Source of the DNA: Polyangiaceae bacterium
GTDB lineage: Bacteria > Myxococcota_A > Polyangia > Polyangiales > Polyangiaceae
Assembly (NCBI GenBank): GCA_947475525.1
Contig: CANJMI010000006.1
Coordinates: 204,162-268,161 of the forward strand
Length of the DNA: 64,000 nucleotides
Direction: 5' to 3'
Shown: positions 18,218 through 25,958 of the stretch, one piece after another
Layout of the letters: each line of letters opens with the position of its first letter
How positions within the stretch are numbered: the stretch's first letter is position 1
Made by a program: the position numbers and the translations under genes
The notes under the pieces: model-generated
The model's database searches: none
Seen by the model: the letters and a program-made list of their open reading frames with translations, nothing else
What the model was told of the DNA's origin: nothing

Positions 18218-19326
18218 ACGCTCCCGCGGGCGAGCCGCTCGAGCTCCTGCCCGCAGAGCTCACGTACAAGCTCTGCGGGGCTGTCGATCCCCGGGGCGAA
18301 CTCGAGCCGGTGGGCGAAGATTCGGTCTGCCAGGGCATCGATGTCGTCGGCGTTGACGAACTTGCGGCGTTGAATCATCGCGCGGGCCTGCAAGGCCGGT
18401 AGCGCAAGCACGAGCGAGCGGGTCGATGCGCCCTGAAGGATACGCTCATCGGCACGGGTGCGAGCCGCGATGTTGACGAGCGCGTGATGGACCTTGTCGT
18501 CGACGTAAATCGACTCGCTGACGACCTTGCGCGCGTCGAGGATCTCGGTGCGCGTCACCCGCGGAAGATCCGCACGGTCCGCGCTCGCCTTCAAGTGACG
18601 AAAGTTGCGCAGCACCTCGAGCTCGTGCTCGGGCGCGATGTGGGTCATCCGGATCTTGAACAAAAACCGGTCGAGTTGCGCATTCGGCAGCGGGAAGGTT
18701 CCGGCGACATCGAGCGGATTTTGCGTTGCGATGACTAGGAAAAACTCGTCGAGCTTGCGCGTGCGATTGTCGACGGTGACCTGTTTTTCCGCCATCGCCT
18801 CGAGCAGCGCGCTCTGCACCTTCGGTGAGGTTCGGTTGATCTCGTCGGCCAACACGACGTGGGCGAAGATAGGTCCTGGCCGAAAGAAAAATCGGTTCGT
18901 GTTGGGATCGAACACCGTTGTGCCCGTCACGTCGGACGGCAAGAGGTCCGGCGTGAATTGAATGCGGCGAAGCGTGACGATGTTGTCGTCCGGCTCGTCG
19001 TCGATGATGCAGTCGCCGAGGGCCTTGGCGAGGGTCGTTTTGCCAGAGCCCGGAAAGTCCTCGAGGAGCACGTGCCCGTCCGCGATCACGGCGATGAGGA
19101 CGAGCTCGATGACGTCATCGCGTCCCTTTACTGCCGCACGGAGTCGCTCACGCATGCGCGAGAACACGTCGAAGGCGCCTTCGAGGTCGGTTATCGGCGG
19201 GGCCTTCGTGTCGGTGACGTACTTGCTCTGCAGCGGCGCGCCGTCGTCGTCGAGGTCCCTGCCCTTCGCGGAGGCCTTCGGTTCGGTGGTCGTAGAGTGG
19301 AGCGGCTGTTCGAGTTCTTGGTTCAT
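18214..19326 (-). CDS. MoxR-family AAA+ ATPase
   Basis: Walker A LLEDFPGSGKTTLAKAL, Walker B VVLADEINRTSPKVQSALLEAMAEKQVTV, sensor LVIATQNP. AAGGA Shine-Dalgarno sequence before the ATG at 19326. Confidence 0.9.
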   Translation of the reverse strand: MNQELEQPLHSTTTEPKASAKGRDLDDDGAPLQSKYVTDTKAPPITDLEGAFDVFSRMRERLRAAVKGRDDVIELVLIAVIADGHVLLEDFPGSGKTTLAKALGDCIIDDEPDDNIVTLRRIQFTPDLLPSDVTGTTVFDPNTNRFFFRPGPIFAHVVLADEINRTSPKVQSALLEAMAEKQVTVDNRTRKLDEFFLVIATQNPLDVAGTFPLPNAQLDRFLFKIRMTHIAPEHELEVLRNFRHLKASADRADLPRVTRTEILDARKVVSESIYVDDKVHHALVNIAARTRADERILQGASTRSLVLALPALQARAMIQRRKFVNADDIDALADRIFAHRLEFAPGIDSPAELVRELCGQELERLARGSV

Positions 19327-19337
19327 GGTGGCGTCCT

Positions 19338-21767
19338 TCACTTGGAGGCGAGAAACGATGCAGGGTTCACGCGGCCGAGCCACGCGCGGGGGCCATGTCG
19401 CATCGTGCGGCATTCGTCGCGTAAGGCGGCGAGGGAACGTCTCCACTCGACCGCGGCGCCCGCGAGGCGCTCAGCATGAAAGCGGCTCGGGTCGCCGAAG
19501 TAGTGTTCGATGTGCAAATCCGTCACTCTCGCGAAAGTCGGAAATTCACGGCTCACGCGGCGACCGAAGGCTTCCCGCGTTTCACCTTCACGCCGCGTGC
19601 GCTCGAGTTCACTCAGCATGTCGAGGGCTGCCCGGTAACCGACTCGCGGAAGGGAGGCCGCCCGCGCAAAGCGTGGGAGGAGACGCCGCCACGCCTTGAT
19701 GGCGTAGAGCGCCGCGAGGATCGAGGACGCCAAGACGAGCAAGAGCTTCCGCCACGGGAGCACGAGTTTCGGCGTGAGGTTGGAGACGCGCGGCCCGTCT
19801 TTGGGCTTCTCCTCGGGGACCTTACGCGCCATATCGGCGAGCTTTCGCTGAAGTTCTTTGTCGACGGGACGCGCAGGCAGATCGATATTTTTCTGCGGTG
19901 CGATGTCGAGCACGACCCAGCCCGCGCCTTCGAGATAGAGCTCCGGCCACGCGTGCCCGTCGCCGCTCTTCACCATCAACGCCGAGCCCTCGCGCGACTC
20001 CGCATTGACGGCGTAGCCCATGCCGATGCGCGCCGGCAAGCCGAGGCTTCGCCACAAGTACACCGCGACGTGGGCGAAATGGACGCAGTAGCCGATGCGA
20101 TCTCCGAAGAGAAAGTCCGCCGCGGGATCGGCGACGTCCGCATGTCGGTGCCGAGTCGAATAGGTCAGATTCTTATCCATCCAGAGCTTCACCGACAGCG
20201 CCTGGAAGAGCGGGAGCACGCGCTTTTTTGCGTCGAGGGTCCGCGTGATGTCGTGGGCTAGCGCCGCGTAACGCGGGTCAATCGCCGGGCGCGTGTAGTA
20301 CTCGCGTAGCTCCTCGCTCCATGCCGGATTGCCGGCCTTCGCGGTGAGCAACTCCGCGAACGATGCTCGTTGGGCGAGCGCCTCGAAGCGGTAAGCCCGC
20401 GCGAATCGTTTTGGATCCGGATTTGGCGCGACATCCATCACGACGGGAGTCTCGAGCGCGAACGGTTTCTTGTGCTCCAGGACCATCGCGACGGTCGCGT
20501 GAATCAACTTGCGTGCCCCCGGTGGAGGCGGATCTCCGACGTCCTGCCGCCGCGTCGGAAACTCACTCGGCGCGTCCCTGTCGGCATCCGGCCGCGTCGT
20601 AGGAACGAGGCGATTCTCGGCAAATTGACTCCAGCTCTCTTGCCTAAGATAGAACATCTGGCCCGGTGGGTCGTAGTCGTCCCCGAGCAGCACGATCGCC
20701 ATCGGCTGTTGGTTCTCTGGACTGTCCGGCGGCGGAGGGGCGTCGAGTGGCGGGGGCTCTTCGGGCGGCGGAGAATCCCGGCCGTCGCTCGAGTCTTTGT
20801 CTTTGTCGGGCTGCCCTTGGCCGCCGTCGCTCGGGTCTTTGTCTTTGTCGGGCTGCCCTTGCCCGCCGTCGCTCGAGTCTTTGTCTTTGTCGGGCTGCCC
20901 TTGGCCGCCGTCGCTCGAGTCTTTGTCTTTGTCGGGCTGCCCTTGGCCGCCGTCCGGCTTCTCTCCGGTAGGCGGAGCTTTCGGCGGCTCACCATGAGAC
21001 TCAACGGGATGGTCACGCTCACTCTCTTTCGGGAGTCGGACGATGTGAGCGACATCGAACGAGGTGAATACGAACCACGCCAGGAGCGGAAGCGCGAGGA
21101 GCGAGAGCACGTGGGAGCGGCGACCGTGCTCAGCCGCAAGGACCGCGGCCATCACGAGAAACGCGACCGTTCCCGTCGCGAGCAAGACGACGGCCGGATC
21201 GAGCCCCGCGCGCCACGCGTAATCGCCGAGCCACAACGGCCGCGCCAGATTTCCCCCGCGGTGCGACTGAACGAGAAACGCGAGGCCGGCGATGCACGCC
21301 GCGACCTCGAGGAACACGAGAGCGCGCACGCGGATCGCCGCGGCACGCAGCGCCGCCACCGGAAGCGCAGCAAACCCAAAGAAGCGGAGCGCAACGCCCA
21401 CCGAGAGCGCGGTTGTGGGACCGAGCGCGCGTGCGATCCACTCCACGCGAACACACAGCATCGCGAGAGAATTGAGTGCCGCGAACGCGACGCCCGCTCC
21501 CGCGGCGACGACCCACCCGCGCCAGGCTGAGCGCCCGGCGAGCTCACCCAAAACCACGCCAACGAGCGTCCCCACGAGCAGCGCGCCGAGCCCGACGCCA
21601 TCTGTGAGCGGCCAGACAAGGCAGCCCAACGCAAGGGCCGTCGATAGGATCCGCAGAGGGTGGCGCAGCCAAGCCAAGCGACTCTCACCGTCCTCCCGAC
21701 CGAGGCCCCGACGGAGCTTGACGAGGAGCGTTTCGGCAGCGTTTTTGCGTGGATCGCGCGGGCTCAC
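19338..21767 (-). CDS. transglutaminase-like (Cys-His-Asp core) polytopic membrane protein with an internal 4x tandem repeat
   Basis: ~8 N-terminal TM helices. C-terminal GYCVHFAHVAVYLWRSLGLPARIGMGYAV...GHAWPELYLEGAGWVVLD is the transglutaminase core. Linker KDKDSSDGGQGQPD x4 followed by a Pro-rich stretch. Confidence 0.85.
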   Translation of the reverse strand: MSPRDPRKNAAETLLVKLRRGLGREDGESRLAWLRHPLRILSTALALGCLVWPLTDGVGLGALLVGTLVGVVLGELAGRSAWRGWVVAAGAGVAFAALNSLAMLCVRVEWIARALGPTTALSVGVALRFFGFAALPVAALRAAAIRVRALVFLEVAACIAGLAFLVQSHRGGNLARPLWLGDYAWRAGLDPAVVLLATGTVAFLVMAAVLAAEHGRRSHVLSLLALPLLAWFVFTSFDVAHIVRLPKESERDHPVESHGEPPKAPPTGEKPDGGQGQPDKDKDSSDGGQGQPDKDKDSSDGGQGQPDKDKDPSDGGQGQPDKDKDSSDGRDSPPPEEPPPLDAPPPPDSPENQQPMAIVLLGDDYDPPGQMFYLRQESWSQFAENRLVPTTRPDADRDAPSEFPTRRQDVGDPPPPGARKLIHATVAMVLEHKKPFALETPVVMDVAPNPDPKRFARAYRFEALAQRASFAELLTAKAGNPAWSEELREYYTRPAIDPRYAALAHDITRTLDAKKRVLPLFQALSVKLWMDKNLTYSTRHRHADVADPAADFLFGDRIGYCVHFAHVAVYLWRSLGLPARIGMGYAVNAESREGSALMVKSGDGHAWPELYLEGAGWVVLDIAPQKNIDLPARPVDKELQRKLADMARKVPEEKPKDGPRVSNLTPKLVLPWRKLLLVLASSILAALYAIKAWRRLLPRFARAASLPRVGYRAALDMLSELERTRREGETREAFGRRVSREFPTFARVTDLHIEHYFGDPSRFHAERLAGAAVEWRRSLAALRDECRTMRHGPRAWLGRVNPASFLASK
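20785..20952 (-). repeat. 4 near-perfect 42-bp in-frame tandem repeats inside the transglutaminase-like gene (encode DKDKDSSDGGQGQP x4)
   Basis: gtcgctcgagtctttgtctttgtcgggctgcccttggccgcc repeated 4 times. Copy 2 has 2 substitutions. Confidence 0.9.
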
Positions 21768-23056
21768 GACGCCACCTTCGTGTGAGCCTGCTTGCGGCCC
21801 GCGAGATGTTCGGGGAGGTAGGCGTGGCCCGTGCGCCGATCGACGACGACGACGCGAGCGCCATTCGTACCGCCTTCGAGCGCCTTCACGACCTTGAGGA
21901 GCTCGTCGATCGGAACGGCCTGCTCCCCACCACCCGAGGGCTCCGCCCGCGACAACGCGCGCAGGACCTTCGAGCCCCGCGCGATCCCGTCGGTGCCCAC
22001 GACGAAGTCGACTTTCCCCTTCAGCTCACGCACCGCAGCCCGAACCTTGGGAAGCCACGGTCCGGGGCGTGGGGGAACGAACACCACCAGCCGGCCGAGC
22101 GCCCCAGCTCGCTCGACAAAATGCGCGAGCCCCGTGCCGGCAAGGGAATCGGACACGCTCGCGCTGCGCGTCACAAGATCGAGCGCCCCATCACGCGTAC
22201 GCGCCTCGGCGTCCATGCCATCGGCACCGATGCGCCAATCATTGCCGAACGCCCCGAGCTCAAGGGCGAGGCGCGCGGCCCCCGCAGCAGGTTCGTCGCT
22301 GCTACCCGTCACGAGATAGGCCACGGTGTGTTCCACCGGACTTTCCGCGCGCTCCGGAGTTCTCACGATGAGGTTGCGGCTTTTCGCGAAGACTTTCCAA
22401 AGCACGAAGCGGATTGGATCGCCGGGGGCGTAGCGTCGGGTGTCGAAAGGATCGCCTTCGGGCTTACCCGCGCTAGCGCTTGCGTCCGAGCCCGATGAGA
22501 GCCCGCGAATCACGTGCACCTGACGTAGCGCCCCAACCGAGGGCAGAAGCCGCACGTCGCGCGACTCCGCGACTTCGAATTGGATGCGCGCGAGGCCGAA
22601 GACGTCCCCGACTTCGAAGCGCCTACGGATCCTCGGCGCCACCCCTCGGCGTGTGGCGCGCACGGTCTCGTGAAGACGACCCCGGAGCCGCTGCTGCCGC
22701 ACCTCCACGCGGAGTTCGCTCCACGTCCACGCCACTGTCGCGAACGGCACGAACCACAACGCACGAATCGAAAACCCCGTTGGCGCAAACCGACCGCACT
22801 CGAGCGCGAGCCGACCGTCCCCGTGCGCCGCGCGAGCCGACCGAAACACGACGAGCGCCGCGAGCGCGGCGACGACGATGGCCACGCCGACAAGCAAGAG
22901 CCCGAGGGCACTTACCGCAAACAAGACAAGATCACGCTGCTTGTAACCGTAATGCTGCAGTACGCCATACGAGGCCCCGCCTACGGCTAGGCCGAGCGGC
23001 GTGATGGGGAAGAGGTCCGCGATTCGGCGGGCTCGGCGCGCACTCCGTTTCAGCAT
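21764..23056 (-). CDS. DUF58 domain protein (MoxR-associated, vWA-like)
   Basis: Two N-terminal TM helices, then the DUF58 signature GDPFDTRRYAPGDPIRFVLWKVFAKSRNLIVR. Overlaps the transglutaminase gene start by 4 bp. Confidence 0.8.
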   Translation of the reverse strand: MLKRSARRARRIADLFPITPLGLAVGGASYGVLQHYGYKQRDLVLFAVSALGLLLVGVAIVVAALAALVVFRSARAAHGDGRLALECGRFAPTGFSIRALWFVPFATVAWTWSELRVEVRQQRLRGRLHETVRATRRGVAPRIRRRFEVGDVFGLARIQFEVAESRDVRLLPSVGALRQVHVIRGLSSGSDASASAGKPEGDPFDTRRYAPGDPIRFVLWKVFAKSRNLIVRTPERAESPVEHTVAYLVTGSSDEPAAGAARLALELGAFGNDWRIGADGMDAEARTRDGALDLVTRSASVSDSLAGTGLAHFVERAGALGRLVVFVPPRPGPWLPKVRAAVRELKGKVDFVVGTDGIARGSKVLRALSRAEPSGGGEQAVPIDELLKVVKALEGGTNGARVVVVDRRTGHAYLPEHLAGRKQAHTKVAS

Positions 23057-23706
23057 CCGTCCGACCGTTCCGGCGGCACGAACGGCGGAGGCGTGATGTC
23101 GACCGCCAACTTGCGAGTCGGGCCATCGAAACACTGCACGCGGCGAAACAAAGTCGGCTCGTTCACCGCGCGCCCGCCATCGTTGTTAACCGACTGGAAC
23201 TCTTGGCGTTCCTCGTCGAGTTTTCCCGTGAAATGGTCAGGTCGGTAGCCGAATCCCACAGGCAACTTGCCGCACACGAGGCCATCGAATTGGAAGGTCG
23301 TCGCTTCAAACACGACATGCCCGTCACGGTACGTTCCAAACGCATCCGGCATCGACGCGCGCGTTCGGTACGGTACAAACTCGTTGCACGGGCCTGGCTC
23401 CTGGTCGGACTTTCGGCCGCGCCAGGTCTCGTTGTGCACCTTTCCGACGAGCTCCGTTGGACTGCCAGGCTTGCGATGGATGACGAGCCGGAAGATCACC
23501 CACTGATGCCAGACCTCGTTGTACTGGTGCGCTTTCCACTCGCCTTCGACCGGGTCTTCGCACTGTGCCGGCGGAGGCAATCGACTGCGCTGCTCGGCGA
23601 TCGAGCCGCGGCTCGTCCCGGGACGCAAGACGATGGCGAACACAGTGAAGAACACGAGGCCCCGCGTGACGATCCGCGTCGTCCATTCGGCAAAGGTGGC
23701 CTTCAT
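23050..23706 (-). CDS. hypothetical membrane-anchored protein
   Basis: ORF with one TM helix (GLVFFTVFAIVL). High GC3. Stop overlaps the DUF58 start. No recognisable domain. Confidence 0.5.
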   Translation of the reverse strand: MKATFAEWTTRIVTRGLVFFTVFAIVLRPGTSRGSIAEQRSRLPPPAQCEDPVEGEWKAHQYNEVWHQWVIFRLVIHRKPGSPTELVGKVHNETWRGRKSDQEPGPCNEFVPYRTRASMPDAFGTYRDGHVVFEATTFQFDGLVCGKLPVGFGYRPDHFTGKLDEERQEFQSVNNDGGRAVNEPTLFRRVQCFDGPTRKLAVDITPPPFVPPERSDGC

Positions 23707-23874
23707 GTCGTCCTCGGCGGCGCCTAAGAGCGCGCGACCAGGGATAAGGCTACGAACGCGGCCGCGACTCGTCAAGGCGACCGCGCGAACGAGCTTCTCG
23801 TTTCAGCCTCACGCCAGAGCGAGAACCGGGCCGACTCTGTCGCTTTTCAAGATCGAGGGTTCAACGAGAAAGAA

Positions 23875-24708
23875 TCAGGGGGAAATAGAACCGGCGCAGC
23901 GAAAGCCCACGTCGCGGTACTGAATCGCGGTGGCGAGTCCGAGGCGGTAGGCGGAGCGGACGTTCCAGGAGTCGCCGTTGTACCGGCCGCCCCCGCGAGT
24001 GACGTGGCCCGCCCCCGTTGGACCGAAAACAACCGAAGTCCATTCCCACACATTTCCTGACATGTCGGCCAGTCCAAAAGGAGAGTTGCCCCCAGGGAAG
24101 GATGCGACCGCGCAGGTAGATTGGCGATTGCCTTCGCCAAGGCTGTTGCCTTCGCCGTTCCAGCACAGTTGGCCTCCCGGTTCGGGGTTGCCCCACGGAT
24201 AGACGCGGCCGTCCGTGCCGCGCGCCGCGTACTCCCACTCCGTCTCGCTTGGTAGCCGCTGCCCTTGCGCCGCGCAGTACGCCTTCGCCTGAGGCCAGTC
24301 CACACAGTTGATGGGGTGGTTGCCGCGGTCAGGCACGCCGGCGTTGCAGAGCGCGGCGGTGTCGGCGGCCGTGCACTTGCCGCTATTGACGCAAGCCGCG
24401 TACGCCGAGGTCGTGACCTCCGTCGTGTCCATGCAAAACGCGTCGACGGTTGTTGCGTTCGCTTTGGCGTTAAAAGCGTCGCCCATCGTGAAGGTGCCGG
24501 CGTGGATTTCCACCATGCCCGAGTTGCACTTTGGCGCTTTTACTGGCTCGGCCTTAGGGGGAGCCTCCACTGGCTCGGGCTTCGGCGGGGGCGCCTCCAC
24601 TGGCGGGGCCATAGGCGGGGGAGCCTCCACTTTCACAGCCATCGCGCACGATAGACCCAACAACGATGCCGCCGTCCCCATACCCAGAAACCAACCCCGT
24701 GTTTGCAT
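23875..24708 (-). CDS. formylglycine-generating-enzyme (FGE/SUMF1) family protein
   Basis: Signal/lipoprotein N-terminus and a Pro-rich linker. RLPSETEWEYAARG...GNVWEWT are the hallmark FGE-sulfatase motifs. Confidence 0.85.
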   Translation of the reverse strand: MQTRGWFLGMGTAASLLGLSCAMAVKVEAPPPMAPPVEAPPPKPEPVEAPPKAEPVKAPKCNSGMVEIHAGTFTMGDAFNAKANATTVDAFCMDTTEVTTSAYAACVNSGKCTAADTAALCNAGVPDRGNHPINCVDWPQAKAYCAAQGQRLPSETEWEYAARGTDGRVYPWGNPEPGGQLCWNGEGNSLGEGNRQSTCAVASFPGGNSPFGLADMSGNVWEWTSVVFGPTGAGHVTRGGGRYNGDSWNVRSAYRLGLATAIQYRDVGFRCAGSISP

Positions 24709-25004
24709 CCGGCGAAGCTAGGCGAGTTACACGATTTATGTCAATGGTTAGGCCATTAATCGCATCTGCACAGTGTTTCCGCGCGCAGGCGTCGCGCATC
24801 TTCGCACCTACGGGAAGCGAAGCTCCTCCGTGCCGCAGCTTGAACCCAATCGGAGTCGCGGCGTCTTTTCCGTCTTCGCTCGTCCCCGCTCGCTTAATCC
24901 GGCCAGTTGAGAAACTCGGGCGCGCGGGCTTTCGTCGTAAAGGTCATGACGCGGCGCAGGTCATGGCGTGACGATCGCCGAAACCCGGGTAGGCGACCCG
25001 CACG

Positions 25005-25886
25005 TCACGGTCCGTCGCACTCGACGCGCTGTTCGTGAGCGCCCGCCGGCACGGGTTGGGTGAACGTGCCCACTGGCAATGGCGGATTCAAGACCACCGA
25101 CCGGTACTGGAAAAGGACGTCATCGCCAGAATGGGGCACTTTGAGCCGGATGGAGCGCGGGATGTCGAGCGCGCACGGGCCGCCACTCGGCAAAATCATC
25201 GGGTCGAGGCCGTCTTCATCGTTGCGCGGTGCGGCCGTCACGGCCCTGACGAAGTTGCCGAGCTCGGCTTCGTAGAGGACGGCGCCGGACTGGACCGTCG
25301 AGACGCCGACTACGCGGACGCGCTGCTTCTGCCAATCGACGGCGTAGTCCTCGGCGTAGACTTCGAGGAGCACCGTTTGGCGCGCGCCGTGGTGGCTCGG
25401 AAGCTCGATGCGGTAGTGGCCGTCCTCCCAGTCGAGCGACGCTGCCCGAGCGTCGTGCTTCAAAAGCGGAGCTTCACCGCGCAGCAACGAGACGAGCGCG
25501 TGACCGGGGATGGGTACCTGCGTGAGACGCGCCAAATTGCAGGCGCTCGCCCGGCCGAACAGGAACTGTTTGTTCGGCAAATCATTCAGTGTGAACGACT
25601 GGCCGTTCGATGTCAGCGTATACGGCGTCGCGCCGAAGGGGCTCGAGATGTCGATGCGGACGCGCGCCGGATTGACCGCGATAACCGAAGCGTCACCGCG
25701 GATCCTACCGCGAGTGCCAAAGTGATCGAGCTTACCCGCGCCTTGGACGCCGTTCGCACACGCGTGGGTTTCCTTCATCCTTGAGAGCGCGGCCTCGCCC
25801 GTCGGAAAACGCGAAAGGGGCCGCGATTGGGTGCAGCCCGTGACGCACCCGAGCGCAACCCCAACGAAAAACGCCGTCGCCCTCAT
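25005..25886 (-). CDS. lipoprotein (hypothetical)
   Basis: MRATAFFVGVALGCVTGC lipobox. High GC3. No catalytic motif recognised. Confidence 0.55.
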   Translation of the reverse strand: MRATAFFVGVALGCVTGCTQSRPLSRFPTGEAALSRMKETHACANGVQGAGKLDHFGTRGRIRGDASVIAVNPARVRIDISSPFGATPYTLTSNGQSFTLNDLPNKQFLFGRASACNLARLTQVPIPGHALVSLLRGEAPLLKHDARAASLDWEDGHYRIELPSHHGARQTVLLEVYAEDYAVDWQKQRVRVVGVSTVQSGAVLYEAELGNFVRAVTAAPRNDEDGLDPMILPSGGPCALDIPRSIRLKVPHSGDDVLFQYRSVVLNPPLPVGTFTQPVPAGAHEQRVECDGP

Positions 25887-25958
25887 GCCTCCAGGGCATA
25901 ATCGCGACGGCGCTCCGGCTCAAGGTGTGCCGGTCTCGACGTTAAGAGCCGCTGTCAC

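Noticed and set aside
19476-21530. 261-aa and 386-aa plus-strand ORFs across the transglutaminase-like gene, including the repeat region
   Set aside because: Antisense to the TM/TGase gene. The 386-aa ORF's 'repeats' (VARVFVFVGLPLAA x4) are just the reverse reading of the DKDKDSSDGGQGQP repeats.
22510-23004. Possible extra genes inside the DUF58 region suggested by multiple overlapping 130-175-aa ORFs
   Set aside because: All are Arg-rich alternative frames of the DUF58 ORF, which carries the diagnostic R-Y-GD-R-I-W motif.
24666-24971. 101-aa ORF in the FGE/lipoprotein intergenic gap
   Set aside because: Poor GC3 bias, no Shine-Dalgarno sequence, and it overlaps the FGE start codon region. 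More likely a promoter/terminator region.
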